A stretch of 60,719 bases of DNA, the filler included, from Globobulimina sp. (taxonomy: Eukaryota): the NCBI GenBank assembly GCA_003354225.1. It is 11 parts of 11 records of this genome, joined end to end, with 100 filler letters (N's around TTAATTAATTAA, not from the genome) between each part and the next. Parts side by side here need not be neighbours in the genome. Positions count along the whole stretch, not along the records: positions 1 to 5,439 come from PIVH01000573.1; positions 5,540 to 10,974 come from PIVH01000574.1; positions 11,075 to 16,508 come from PIVH01000575.1; 8 more parts are not named here. One strand, given 5' to 3'. The position numbers and the translations under genes are program-made. This document shows positions 1 to 12,892 of this stretch, piece after piece. The notes beneath the pieces are model-generated. The model saw nothing but the letters and a program-made list of their open reading frames with translations, searched no databases and had not been told where the DNA came from. Each line of letters opens with the position of its first letter. The stretch's first letter is position 1.

Positions 1-1313
1 AAGACGGCGGTGATATACCTTTTTGTAACGTTCGTGGACTGAGTGCATTATATGATGAGCGAACTTCATATTCCATCGCAGATTCATTTTTTTTTAATGA
101 ATACATTGGGAAATCACTTAGTGATTTATCCATTTGTTTAACAGCATTTGAAACAGCTTTACTAAATGATCTGGATGACACTGTTTCAAATTGTTTGCTG
201 TGTAAAATCGCAGTGCTATATGATTTTTGTAAGTGTTTTCTCTTTTTATTTTTCCGTGATTTGCAATTGGATTCTAAATTTGATGGAACATTATCAAACG
301 TAAATACTTGTTTTCCCGATCGCAAATAATCTCCTTTTCAAACAAAAATAAAAAAAATAAAAATATAAATATAAAAATATATATTTTAACATACGGTCAA
401 TGGCAGAATCGAGTGTTTTCAATAACATTCTCCGACTAAGCATGCCTTCGTTTCTTGTATCTTTCGGAATTTTGAGCAAAGTGTTTGTGGAACATTTAGA
501 AACGTATCGTTTTGTTCTTTTTAGAGTTTTTTTGCTTAAATAGGATTGTTTTTCTAGTTCATTTATTAGTTGTTTCCTATGCCACGATTGAATAAAAACA
601 GATATTGGTATAACATATTCATGCGTGCCATTATGCATATTGTCCCTCTCATATTTCATATATATTTGCCTTGAATTATTTTTATTTTTATTATTTGTTT
701 TTAATTCATCCAACTTTTTCCGCAGCTCAATAATGCGTTGCTGTCCTTCGGTTGGTGTATCTTTAATATATTGCATGTTTTTGATGTGTTGTTTTCGTTG
801 ATACCGCAATGAATTAATCCGATTCATCGATTTATTTTTTAATTTTACCTTAATATCATCCCTCAGCAATAACGCACAAAATTGTATAAAGGTAAGATGT
901 GGATATTTGGTAATATATGATTTATGCGTTACTCTCATCAATGTGGATAAAGTTATATCGGCCCCTAAACTCTCAAGCAATGAGGCCAATTTGCTTAAAC
1001 ATACAATACCACAATGTTTCGCATCTAAAATATCAAATAATGCTCGGAATGATTTTCTTTGTATGTCGGTCATTGACCGTAGAGACAATAATGTTGCATC
1101 TGATGTATGGGTCGATAACCAAGATCGTTGATGATGCAATCTTAGATTTTCTTTTTCTTCCATGGTTTCTTGTGCATCATCAGCGTCATCGCAATATTCT
1201 TCAAAGCGGATTTCATTGCGAGATGTTGGAGCCTTTAGTTGGGCCATACATATTTTTGTGGGAAACCGTTTCCGTTTTATGCGAACTGGAGAACATATTC
1301 CACTGAAACTCAT
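1..1313 (-). CDS. EF-hand-containing protein, 3'-partial, intron 334-394
   Basis: FRALFDILDAKHCGIVCLSKL...LTFIQFCALL EF-hand-like pair; removing the GTATGT...AAAG intron keeps the frame open to the contig edge. Confidence 0.6.
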
Positions 1314-1662
1314 AGTTTAATGTGCTGATCACTTTGATATATATAATGTTATGAGTTGTGAATTACACTCATAAACGCATGCATAATCAAATTAAGTCTA
1401 AATCACAACTGGTTTCATCCTATTCCTCCATTATTTTAATTCATTATTGGTACTTCAGTGCACTGTAATCTGATTGAATGGGACAGTGTCGGTTATTTTT
1501 AATTTAAGAGGCTAAAATTTAACAAGTAAAGCTAAGCAATCTTGGCAAACTACGAATTTACCAATGCAATATTGACAGAATGGTATTTATTTGGTCCGTA
1601 TATGTCATTATTAAATATACCTTAAAACAATTGACAAATAAACACTAAAAATATGAACAATG

Positions 1663-4600
1663 TTACATTTTCATTCTACTATTTTTTCGTGAAGTACGTG
1701 GTTTGTTAGTTGCAAAAGTTGAGGATTTTCTGCAACTTTTTTTCCGCTTTTTGGGTTTCATGAGTTCCACCATCAATTTTTCTAACGTTTGTTCGAATTG
1801 ACCTTTGTCTTTTTTTTCTTCTGTTTCTTTGTCAGATCGATCCTCTAACAATGTTCTCGCGATTCTGTCATATTAATTATTCTCAAATAAACACAAAAAA
1901 AGAAATAAAAAATAAGATTACTCAACGATTCTGAGACCACAGTGTTGATTAATTTGGGTCTATAAATTGAATGATCATCAAAATAGGACTTTCTTTTGAT
2001 TTGTGGCGAATTGGTGTGTTGCACATCATTGCTGTTCATTGCGTCCATGTTGCGGCCATTATTATTATCATTGGATACATTTTTGTTTGTGATGTTACCA
2101 AATAATTTCCATTCTATGTTTTGTCCAAATTGACCCAACAAAATTCCATCTAAATTCCATAATATTAATTGGCCGCTATCTGACGATGAACAAAACACAT
2201 CAAATCCAGGTATATATAATAACGATGTAATACATCCTTTTTGATGCGGTTTCCATTCTTTCACTAGAATAAAATCCATAGTTTTATGCAAGTTTTGTAT
2301 ATCAAACAATTTCATTGTAACATCACAGTCGGCGATCATTAATCTTGTACCTAACTCATTGACGGCAATGTATAATATCGGTTCATTAAATATATATTTA
2401 TCTGATATCGATGTGACATATTTAAAACACTGTTCCTTCTCAAAAATATGTATTATTCCCTCTTCTGTTCCAACAAATAAATACCAATTTGATTTGTTCC
2501 CATTTAATTTATGAGCATACATAGCTGTGATAGAAACATATGGCTGCTTACACTCAAATATTTGCGATTTTACATTTGAATCGATATGCCATTCAATAAT
2601 GACACCATCAGAAGAGCCAGTTAATAAATACTGCTTTGTTATACACATAGCTCTCACGTCTGTTTTATGCAATTTGTTTTGCAGAATAAAATTGGCTTCG
2701 CTGGGTGCTAAATGTGATGGGCATCTATTAACAATGCAACTATATCCACAGCAAACTACGCAATGCAACGTTCTTGGCAAATATATTAAATTTGTAATTT
2801 CAAAATTAACTCTGGGGAATTGGTGCATTACCGCACCATTATTAAAATTCCACATTTTAATTATTCCGTTTTGCGAAGCTGTCAATAATCGTTTGCCAAT
2901 CTCATCGATTGCTATTGTTGCTATTGAGTCACTTGAATTGGAATCACAGTTATTATTCATTTTGAAATTAAAACTATTTTGTCCGGTTTTAATGTCCCAT
3001 AAAATACACGTGTCGTCAACATGGACACTGATAATTTGCTTAGCGTATTAGCACACAACTTGTTATTCCGAAGTGTACACATTTATATTTTTTGCACCGT
3101 ATACAAGTGGTGTGACAATAAAAAATACCTGGAATATATTTGAATATACAATATCTATAATTGGTGCTAAGGTTTTATCCGTATTGTCATTACATTTCTT
3201 ATTTTGAACATACCATTTTCTAAATTTACTGCCAGCGGTAATCAGACAGGATTGATAAGGGTCATATCGAATGGCTGATATTTCATTAATGGGCGAATGT
3301 ATTGATGTATCACGCATTGTTTGCAAGCATTTCCATGTTCGCATGTCCCAGATTTTGATTTTTTTATCCCGCGATGCCGTAATAATTTGATTGCTTTGTT
3401 CGTTGATTAACACAGCAACAACGGAGGCAATATGTCCTTTTAATAAACCTAAAGGTTTTGTTATGTATGGATCCCAAACGCATATTTTGCGATCGTATCC
3501 CGCTGATATTAACATTCGATGTGACGTCGATGAGTATGCAATTGAATAAACACCGCGTGTATGACCAGACAACGTACGGATTTTACACCATTTCACACAA
3601 TCTGTGACATGGATGTTTGTATCCATTCCCGCACTCACAATGCCAATACGCGGTACGTTCTTAACTTGTTTTACGACACACGGACCATTGCTATTTTCCT
3701 CACCATGGCAACTGACGCGAACTAAGCAATTATGATCCAAATAGTTATATAATCCAATCGTGCCATATGTTTCACCAATCAATAATGTCGAATCTTTCTC
3801 ATTAAATATTTCCATACACATTGGAATGTCTAATGCAAAAAACGAGTGTTGCAAATCATAATAAATCTTATTATTGTTTTTATACTTTTTATTATCAATT
3901 ACATTAATTACTGATTGTTTGTTATTGTTGTTCAACGTTGGTGAATAAATATGGATCGATCTATCCATAAACGACACTGCTAATCGCGTCAGACCATCAC
4001 TTTCATTCCCATTCAAACAACATAAATTTGTACAGTTGTTATCTAAATTAATACTGCTTTCTAATTGTAACGACATCGCATTCCTTATTTGTATACAATT
4101 ATCAGATGTTAACACTGCATACTTGGAGCTATTCAATGTGCATTTTGAGCTTTGTTCGCCGTTAATTATACGTATTTTATCAAACATGTGATTTCCTGTG
4201 CAATTATTATAAACAGTGCTGAAATGTTCCTTGTAATAGGATACGTTTTTGTTTTCCTGTTGGTCCCAAAGATGTGCTTGTTGCTGCGATAAAAAACTGA
4301 CATATTCTCCCCATGATAACGTCTCATCTCCGTCGGCATCCATTTTCTGAAATAAAACGTCAAATTCTTGCTTTGGTTTCCCGAACATATTTGATAATAA
4401 TGATGAAAATTCCGAACAGGACAAACCATCGCCATCTACACATTCCCACAATTTCTCTACGAGATGAAGGCAACATATTAAGTCGTCATCGTCATTGTCA
4501 TTGTCATTATCTACGTCCTTGTATTCTCTTCTTATTTTTGACAATAATTTTCCAGCTTGTTTGAATGTCAATTTTCCAGAGGATAATTCTTGCCGAATTT

Positions 4601-4973
4601 TATCTAATTTTAGCGTCAATTCAGAGACTTGTGTACGTAGTTCTTGTTCGCAGTTTTTCCATATTTTATGATACATTTCGTCTCCATATTCTTCAAATGT
4701 CTTATTTTTTCTTGATGCGAATGCTGACGATGACCATAATTCAGGTCGTTTTGAATTGTATCTATTTGACTCAAATGTTAATGCTTTATCATATTCGACC
4801 TCTCTTACACTATTTAGTAATGCTGTTGTTTCTCGTGATGATAAGGCGTGATTTTGTGTCGGTAATTTATTCTATGTATATTCAATGCAATACAACCAAT
4901 AAAAATTAATAAATTGGATTACCAAATTGAGCTTTGGAACGATATGCTTTCTTTGGAAAGATTTCGTCTCCAT
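1663..4973 (-). CDS. EF-hand + WD40-repeat protein (WDR49/WDR64/EFCAB8-like), multi-exon
   Basis: EF loop DADGDETLSWGEY; WD40 repeats (GHTRGVYSIAY...ISAGYDRKICVWD, GHIASV...KIKIWD); ORFs 3063-4676, 1845-2960 and 1663-1851 join via short introns; first exon METKSFQRKHIVPKLNL from ATG 4973. Confidence 0.85.
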
Positions 4974-5014
4974 TAAGACTTCCGAGTTTTCAGTGTAAAA
5001 GATACTCATCAAAA

Positions 5015-5439
5015 ATGAGAGAAGCACAAGCTAGTGATCATGACTTGCGGCAGTTTCCTCACAATCCAGATAATGATAACAATGAAAATAAACAGAATGC
5101 ATGCTGTTGGAGTGGAACGTGTCGTCATTGGATATCGTTGATCGTAGCATTCCAAATGATGTTAGTAGCAGGGACATTATATTCATTTTCTGCATTTGCC
5201 GGCGCAATAAAAGCGCAATTATCCTTAACAGATAACGAAGCCACTTTAATTGTGTCAATTGGGAATTTTGGTTTATGTTTTGCTCCACCGTCTGGTTGGT
5301 TTTCTGATTATTTTGGTTGCAAACTGACAGCTATGGTTGGCGGCATATTATCTGTCATTGGTTTCATTCCATTCTGGTTAGCTGTCAATGATAACATAGA
5401 TATATTTGGTTTGAATCATAATATAAATCCCATATACTT
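5015..5439 (+). CDS. MFS transporter (nodulin-like/OFA type), 3'-partial
   Basis: GTLYSFSAFAGAIKAQL and motif-A-like PSGWFSDYFG, several TM helices. Confidence 0.8.
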
Positions 5440-5539
5440 NNNNNNNNNNNNNNNNNNNNNNNNNNNNNNNNNNNNNNNNNNNNTTAATTAATTAANNNNN
5501 NNNNNNNNNNNNNNNNNNNNNNNNNNNNNNNNNNNNNNN
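5440..5539. other. Artificial contig linker (N44-TTAATTAATTAA-N44); identical linkers at 10975-11074, 16509-16608, 22041-22140, 27573-27672, 33103-33202, 38631-38730, 44157-44256, 49680-49779, 55202-55301
   Basis: Identical 100-nt spacer with stops in all six frames; contig lengths fall from 5439 to 5418 nt along the window. Confidence 0.98.
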
Positions 5540-6484
5540 ATTGCATAACCGAGGATAAATGAACGTTTTTTGATTTACATTGTTTTCTAAAACCTGATGT
5601 TGCTTCTTTTGATAATGTAAATGATTTGGAATCAATTCTCCAATCTCTTATATCAATGCATTTTTGCAAATTCAGCGATAAATATTTTCCAGGAGTGTAC
5701 ATTTGAAATCTTATTCATACAGAAAGTAGTCAGAGTGCATCAGATATGAATGTATAACATAAATAAAGCCATACCTTAATATATCATCATGGTGTAAACC
5801 CAAAGGATTATATTTACTTAAAAAAGAGTTATTGGCATAAAATTTGCCAAATTTAATTGCCCATTTGACGGGTGTTAAACTTTCCATTTTTCGGGAAAAT
5901 GCGGAAGCCGCATATTTAGGTTCGATACATTGCTCAACATTCATATATGGAATAGTTGTATGTTCAAATGCATCCATATCATTATTTAACAAACATAACC
6001 AATCCGCATTCAATTGAAATGTGGAAATGCCGTCAACAATGGCATGATTAATATTTAATACATAAAAATCATTGCATATAAAGACACGATATAAGGGAGC
6101 TATCTAATTAATGTCATATTTGCCGTTTTTTAAATCTGGTGTTGTTAAATTAAAATCATTTAATATTGGAAATCGATAATTCAGTTCTCTGACAAATAAT
6201 TTATTAACATCTTCTTCATCGCATCTAACGATTTTAAATGGTAAACAACCAATATATATATCGTCATACTCGTTGACATCATTAACCGCCAATACCTGAC
6301 ATTGCAATGATTGAAATTTTAAATGAAGTGTATTCCACAAAGATTGTAGTTTGTCCAATGGAATTTGCGATAAGCCCTCAATTCTGGAGACAGCTGTTAT
6401 ACAACCCCATGAATCAAATTTATACTCATTGAATGCTGTGAACAATTGTTCCATACTCCCCATTTTACGAAAAAAGCGCAACAT
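5540..6484 (-). CDS. Hypothetical protein, multi-exon, 3'-partial
   Basis: Successive minus-strand ORFs 6104-6484, 5711-6013 and 5540-5702 separated by short AT-rich intron-like gaps; no recognised domain. Confidence 0.5.
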
Positions 6485-6567
6485 TATGGATCAAGTTTCT
6501 ATCCTATATTAATACTATCCTATACTGTACTAACTTTGTGTTGAGTTGAAAACTGCTTGCGATCACA

Positions 6568-7326
6568 ATGGCTTATTCAGCTTTAGGAGGAAATAACAAT
6601 AATAACAATAATGATCCATATTATTCAATAAAAAACGACATCCAAACAGCAGTGGAGAGATTTACCTCAGATTTCGATTCATGGAATGATATGTTGGAGA
6701 ACAAGAGTACACATCAGAACCGACAATTTAAAGAATTAACCGATTCCCTCAAATCACAATATAAATCAATCAATCGTTCATTAAAAGAATTAAACAAAAC
6801 CATAGAAACAGTAGAATCAAATCGAAATAATTTTGCCTCCATATCAACACAAGATTTAACTGATAGAAAATCCTTTGTAAAAGATATGAAATCCGCAATA
6901 TCTGATTGTCGCAGTAAAATGCAGTCTGACAAAACACGTGAAATTATCAATGAGCATAAGGAGCAATATGAAAGAAATCAAATTGAAACCCCACAAGAAA
7001 GATTTTCACGCATAAGAAATGATGAACATATTGACAATCATAATCGATTGGTGTCACAAGAGGTGAAACAACAAGATGAGATTTTTGATGATATGCATCA
7101 AACATTAAAGCGTTTGGGGGTTCATGCAAATGTAATCAATGTTGAGATCGAATCACAGACGCAATTATTAGACGAGGTTGACGAAGAAATGGATATTACT
7201 GGTGATAGGTTGACGCGATTAACACGAAAATTAGATGATTTGATGGGAAATTCAAACACCAAAAAAATGCTTTTAATTGTTATTTTAATAATTATTCTTG
7301 TGGTTATGTTTTACTTTATGTTTTAA
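6568..7326 (+). CDS. STX6: Syntaxin-6/Tlg1-like Qc-SNARE
   Basis: N-terminal DPYYSIKNDI (Syntaxin-6_N), SNARE heptads QQDEIFDDM...EIESQTQLLDE, C-terminal TM anchor. Confidence 0.88.
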   Translation: MAYSALGGNNNNNNNDPYYSIKNDIQTAVERFTSDFDSWNDMLENKSTHQNRQFKELTDSLKSQYKSINRSLKELNKTIETVESNRNNFASISTQDLTDRKSFVKDMKSAISDCRSKMQSDKTREIINEHKEQYERNQIETPQERFSRIRNDEHIDNHNRLVSQEVKQQDEIFDDMHQTLKRLGVHANVINVEIESQTQLLDEVDEEMDITGDRLTRLTRKLDDLMGNSNTKKMLLIVILIIILVVMFYFMF

Positions 7327-7344
7327 CTCTAGCTCTCACTCTTT

Positions 7345-9858
7345 TTAATCAAACTGGGAATCTTTTTGATAATGTATTTGTATTGGATGCGCTCCCTTTT
7401 TTCGTAAGAATTGTATCTCTTTCTTCAATTTCTCATTCTCAGTTCGCAAATTTATATATAATTCTCGTATTTGTTGCTGTCCGTTATCTTTATACATCGG
7501 CTTTCTTTTCATAATATGTTGTGGACAATTTCGGAGATGCCATCCGCGCCAAAATTGCAATATTTTTAACGAATACTTTGGTATTAATTGTTTTGTGGTT
7601 GGTTTGTAATAAATATTTTTAAATTTGTTAGCATTTGTGCAGTTTTGTAGATGTGTCCAAAAGGATAACGTTCTCTGTTTCAATTTGTATTTTTCTCTCT
7701 GCTTTAATTTATCGCATAAAAATGTGCCAAACTTACACGAATACAAATTATCCATGAAACAAATTAAAAATTTCTCATTAAACTCAAAATATAATGGATA
7801 TTGCTGTAATAATTGATATGTACATTCAATAAATTGTTCAAATATTGGCGACCTCTCATCTTCTTCAAAAGCATCGTCTTTGCGGTGTCCACATCTTTTA
7901 TCAAACTGATGGCCCACAGATAGCCATTCTTTATTGATTAATATAATAAAACCACGAATAGTTCGAAAATAGGAATCTAAGCATAACTGCACCAATGAGC
8001 ATAACTGCGCGGTTCGATCCCATCCATCGCTGCAATGGCATAATATCGATGCCTTTTCTTTGCTTAATACGCGACACATTGTATACGTCCCACGCAACAA
8101 TTCGCGAATATGGCACATCCACTCGGTACTACCCAAACTATTCAACCATTCCTTATCTTTGCTGCTCTTCAAATTGCCCAAATTATGGATCAAATTCGCT
8201 AAACTTTTACGCGATTTGCGCATAATATGAATATTATCAATATTTAAAAATTCTAATTTGGCATTTTTATAAAAATTTGTATTCTCAAAGCCGCCGCCTT
8301 TGATTTTGTTGACGCGCGCATTCAGCTTTGGCCTCGCATCCATTATATATAAGACAGAGGTTTGTATGGTGTTTGCCTCGGCGATGGATTGTATTAAATG
8401 TTCATCGGCGCGCGATCTGTTACTCGCCATGGCCACTTTGGGCTGACTGCAACGAAACAACGCTACGTTATCATGCATGGACTTCCACGACAATATGGGT
8501 ATTCTGCCTAAGCGACGAAATCTGGCAACTTGCGTCAACTCCCAATCTGTAATGGATGAGGGCACCACAAATAATTCAGGATAGGAATCGCAAATATTAT
8601 ATCGCTTGTTGACAGAGGTAAATCTGTACCGTGGGTATGGCTTCATTCCCGCATTTGGCGGCGGTGTCCGCGTCGAGGTATATTCCCGATGTCTTCTCAT
8701 TTTCTCTTCCTCTGCATTGGGTGCTGCGTGTTGTGGTGGTTCGACTTGAATATCTGATATTGATTTAGACATCAAATGCATTGTTTGTTCTTTACTATTA
8801 TTGTGGTTGCAACTCGAATCCATATAAATACCCATTCGGTTATATTCTTTCTCAATGTCATAAGTATCCCATCCCCAAATCTCCTCTTCAGCGCAATTAT
8901 TGCTGCTGTTATTATTATCGTTTTTGTTGTCATCGCTTTTGTTATCATTTTCATTCCCATTTCCATTGCCATTCTCGTTGTCATTCTTATCAATGGAATC
9001 TCTGCGGGGCGAAGTTAACACGATGGCTGTGTTATTTTTTTTGATTAATTTGACGATGCTCGGATGTCTTTTGTGGTATTCAAAGGCAAATAAATCAATC
9101 AGCCTCGATGGAAATGTTAATGCACGCAACATTTGTAATACTTTATCGGAGGATATATAATTTATGGTCTTATCAGATGCGAATCTAAACCGTACGGTTC
9201 TGTATATTCTGTTTGTTAGTACAATTTCTGTAAAAGTGCTTGATTTCTGTTGTTCTACAATGCGGGCTATCGATGCAATCGGTAATATTAAATGTTTTAT
9301 GCCGCCAGGAATATGTTTGGATTGTTTTGGTAAAAAATATAATAAGAAATTGGTTAAATGAATCTCGCCGTCAATGATGTCATCCTCAGACAAAACATAA
9401 CAAGCACCACAATGTAGCATAGCAGATTCATTGTGTAGTTTCCCATATTTTTCGTACTCATCTTCAAAAAGTCCCGATAATATGGTTTTTTTCAAAGTGT
9501 GTGTTTCGTGCACAAATAATGATGATTCATAGTCATTGTTAATAATGTTTTCACTGTTTTTATTCTTATCAAAATCGCCATTTATAATCATATCACTTTT
9601 TTTTATTGGAAAACCAGATATTTGTGTTTTATTCGTTGTATTAGATTTATCCAATTGGATAGTGTTTGAATGCTGTTGTCGTGGCGGTGGTGTTGGTGGC
9701 AATGGTTTTGATTCAACGCATTTTTTTGATTTATTTGATTGAGTTGTTGCTATCATGTTATTTTCTAAATCATCAAATTCATTTAATAGTGTATTTTGTT
9801 TCTTGTGTTGTTTGGCATTATTATCGCGTTCAAGTTGCTGAAGAGGATCTTCTGCCAT
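7345..9858 (-). CDS. Myotubularin-family phosphoinositide 3-phosphatase (PH-GRAM + active PTP domain + coiled coil)
   Basis: GEIHLTNF GRAM start; CDSYP, RCSQP, DARPKLNA, NIHIMRKS; intact catalytic HCSDGWDRT. Confidence 0.95.
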   Translation of the reverse strand: MAEDPLQQLERDNNAKQHKKQNTLLNEFDDLENNMIATTQSNKSKKCVESKPLPPTPPPRQQHSNTIQLDKSNTTNKTQISGFPIKKSDMIINGDFDKNKNSENIINNDYESSLFVHETHTLKKTILSGLFEDEYEKYGKLHNESAMLHCGACYVLSEDDIIDGEIHLTNFLLYFLPKQSKHIPGGIKHLILPIASIARIVEQQKSSTFTEIVLTNRIYRTVRFRFASDKTINYISSDKVLQMLRALTFPSRLIDLFAFEYHKRHPSIVKLIKKNNTAIVLTSPRRDSIDKNDNENGNGNGNENDNKSDDNKNDNNNSSNNCAEEEIWGWDTYDIEKEYNRMGIYMDSSCNHNNSKEQTMHLMSKSISDIQVEPPQHAAPNAEEEKMRRHREYTSTRTPPPNAGMKPYPRYRFTSVNKRYNICDSYPELFVVPSSITDWELTQVARFRRLGRIPILSWKSMHDNVALFRCSQPKVAMASNRSRADEHLIQSIAEANTIQTSVLYIMDARPKLNARVNKIKGGGFENTNFYKNAKLEFLNIDNIHIMRKSRKSLANLIHNLGNLKSSKDKEWLNSLGSTEWMCHIRELLRGTYTMCRVLSKEKASILCHCSDGWDRTAQLCSLVQLCLDSYFRTIRGFIILINKEWLSVGHQFDKRCGHRKDDAFEEDERSPIFEQFIECTYQLLQQYPLYFEFNEKFLICFMDNLYSCKFGTFLCDKLKQREKYKLKQRTLSFWTHLQNCTNANKFKNIYYKPTTKQLIPKYSLKILQFWRGWHLRNCPQHIMKRKPMYKDNGQQQIRELYINLRTENEKLKKEIQFLRKKGAHPIQIHYQKDSQFD

Positions 9859-10037
9859 TTAAAATAGCAGTTAAATAACTGGTGTTTTGCCCACCATAAA
9901 GCCAGCCACTAGGTACAACAATAATTAATAAACGCAATTTTTAAAAAAAGGTAGTCTTTCACAGCAGTTGGGTGCAATTTGTAATTTGAAAATATTCTCC
10001 GAATTACGCATTTCACCCAATTAAAAGGCAGTGCTTC

Positions 10038-10974
10038 TTAAACATTGGTACAAGTCTCAAACTGTACAGCTTTTGGATATTTTCCAAACCATTGATGTGG
10101 AATTTCTCTCACCATTACAAATGTATTAATGTGCTTCAATTTTAATACGGGACACCATGTCTTATTTGTCAGTGTCACTGATATTCCATTAATTGTTACA
10201 ATTTTATTTAATTTCTCATTTTCTTGTTTATTTTTAGATTTTGGTTCAATAAAATTAGGGCTACTAAATTGTAATTGTCCTTTACTTAAATCAACCATCA
10301 TATCAACCAATTTTCCACTCCATTGTTCTGTTTTAATTTTATTATTAATGTATATTCCATTTCGAATGCATACATTTTCGGTATTACATCCATATAAATG
10401 TTTAATGTCATATTTATTTGAATCCTTTTTATAGACAATACCCCATAACGCATAACAGTGTGTATTATGATAAAATCTATAACATTTTATTTTACCTTTT
10501 CCACTTAATCCATTTTTAATGTCCAATAATATGTAATCTTCATTCAATTCATTAATATTGAAATTAGCATGGTTTTTATGTGCGACTTTATTTTTATTTG
10601 TTAATTCAATACCAAATGATTTTAACTTTGATGAAAAGGAACATAATTCACCATATCGTCCACGCTTTTTATTCAATATCATTCCATCTTCCTCCATATC
10701 TTTTAATTCATCATTAATATTATAATTAACATCATTAATATTATTATTAATAATAATAATATTATTAGATTTAGAGGTTGATTTTTGTGTTGATTGATTG
10801 CTGTATGATATTAGTTTTATTTCTGTCTGTTTCTCATCATTCTCATAATTGCTTTCTTTTTCTCTTATAATTGATGAAGAATCCGTATCCGTACCACTCT
10901 GTTTATAGTCATCATTAACAATATCATTAAATTTTGATTTCGGATTTAATTTTAATTTTAATTTTGGTGTTTGT
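10038..10974 (-). CDS. Hypothetical protein with possible SPRY/B30.2-like C-terminus, 5'-partial
   Basis: Frame runs from the contig edge; WGIV...VDMMVDLSKGQLQF...WCPVLKL resembles SPRY strands. Confidence 0.45.
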
Positions 10975-11074
10975 NNNNNNNNNNNNNNNNNNNNNNNNNN
11001 NNNNNNNNNNNNNNNNNNTTAATTAATTAANNNNNNNNNNNNNNNNNNNNNNNNNNNNNNNNNNNNNNNNNNNN

Positions 11075-12571
11075 ATTAATTGCAGAATTTCATATGGATC
11101 TTTTGTACAATCTTTAGGTAATACTTGTGCCACATCCTCAGTAATTAATACAGTATCTTCAATTCGAATACCAATATTTCTATATTTCGGTTTAATTTTT
11201 TTATGATCAGGTAAATAAATACCTGGTTCAACCGCAATACACATCCCAGCTTCAAATTTTCTTTTATGCCCGATACCATTACAATCATGAATATCCATTC
11301 CAATCCAATGCGATACAAAATGAACACCACCTGAATGCCACTTTTTTTCAATATCTGCTTTTCTTTTCTTGTAATTCTTTTGTTTCTTTTTATTTTCATT
11401 TCCAGAAACATCTGTTTTGAGTAAAATATTTAATTGTTCTAATCCTTGACGCAATAATTTATCTGATTCAACATCTAATTTTTTAATACAACTGCCAACA
11501 ACACAATATTTTTCAATACATGTTTCTTGAACATGTAGTACTAAATTATAAATTTTTAATTGTTGAGGTGTATAAATACCGTTGGTTGGGAATATCCGTG
11601 TTATATCTGATGCATAACCAAAATATTCCGCACCTGTATCCATTAAGCAGATTGAACCATCAGTTATTACGCGATCATTGTTTAAATAATGTAAAATATT
11701 GTTTTCTGCACCATGACTTATTGTAACTGGAGCTGATAATCTAGCTGCTCCTCTCATTCTACATCCAAACTCAAACATAGATGCTAATCTATCTTCAGCA
11801 ATGCCAGGTGTAACTGATTGTATCATCTCTTTCATTGAAATTGCGGCAATTTTGGAACTTTCTTTCATTAAATATATTTCTTCTGATGATTTAATTAAAC
11901 GTAATTTTTCAATCATTGAACCAATTTTTTTGACATTTGTTTTTTTAATATGTTTACATGTTGAAATTATTCTTTCAATTTGTTGATGTAATAAAATATC
12001 TTTAAAATTAACTGTTTCTGCATCAAATTTTTTTGGTAATACATCAAAATAAATATTTTTGCAATGATTAATTAACCCTTTCAATGGTTTATCCATTTTA
12101 GCAATATCAAATGTTTCATGTGCAGCAAAAATCTAAACAAATATCAAAATAATAAATTTGATTTAAATATAAATTATACAAGTTAACTGTTTTTGCAGTT
12201 TTGGTTCCAGCGATATGACCTTGATATGTTGTTGTGCTTCGATCATATTCTGTCACGAAGAGATAAAAATATTTAGTCTCTTTATTCTTTTTATACAAAC
12301 ATAATACAGCAGATGGTTCAATAAATCCAGTTAAATATAAAAAATCTGGATCTTGACGATATCTATGAACAATATCAGGGCTCATATATTTTTGTGGTGC
12401 AGATGGTAAAATCAAAACACTATTATTTATCATTGCATCAAATGCAGCATTGCGTCTTCTTGCAAATTCTTTTTTCGTAATTCCAGGTGTTATTTCATCA
12501 CGTTTTACCAATGTTGGGCTGCTAAATTGTGTTGGTTGATTAATTCGTTTTGCTAAATATTGTGTATGCAT
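11075..12571 (-). CDS. Xaa-Pro aminopeptidase (M24B, XPNPEP3/Icp55-like), at least 2 exons, 3'-partial; start uncertain
   Basis: EITPGITKKEFARRR, YRQDPDFLYLTG; metal ligands MDTGAEYFGYASDITR, HWIGMDIHD, VEPGIY, GIRIEDTV. Confidence 0.92.
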
Positions 12572-12892
12572 TCAATATTACAAAGATATAAATAGGTTCT
12601 AAATATAGCTGAACAGGCCACTAAATATAGCTCATCCAGAGGCATCAGCTACATTCTGAAGAAAAATGTTGGCTTTACTGGTTGATAAGTTGTTTAAATT
12701 TGGTTCAACGATAATTTATTCCGCGAGCCTTTTAATGTTTGAAAGATTTGATTATTTTTCGTATATGATTTGGTTTGCAAAGTGAATGCAAACTATACAT
12801 TTACTATTGTTTGCAAAGTGAATGCAAAGTGAATACAACTTTCTATTGATCGATATGTACAAAGGGGTTATGTCTCAAAACTCATGGTCTAT

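Noticed and set aside
5484-5495. Recurrent TTAATTAATTAA palindrome every ~5.5 kb
   Set aside because: Artificial linker inside N runs; ORFs reading through the Ns and any cross-linker gene neighbourhoods are artefacts
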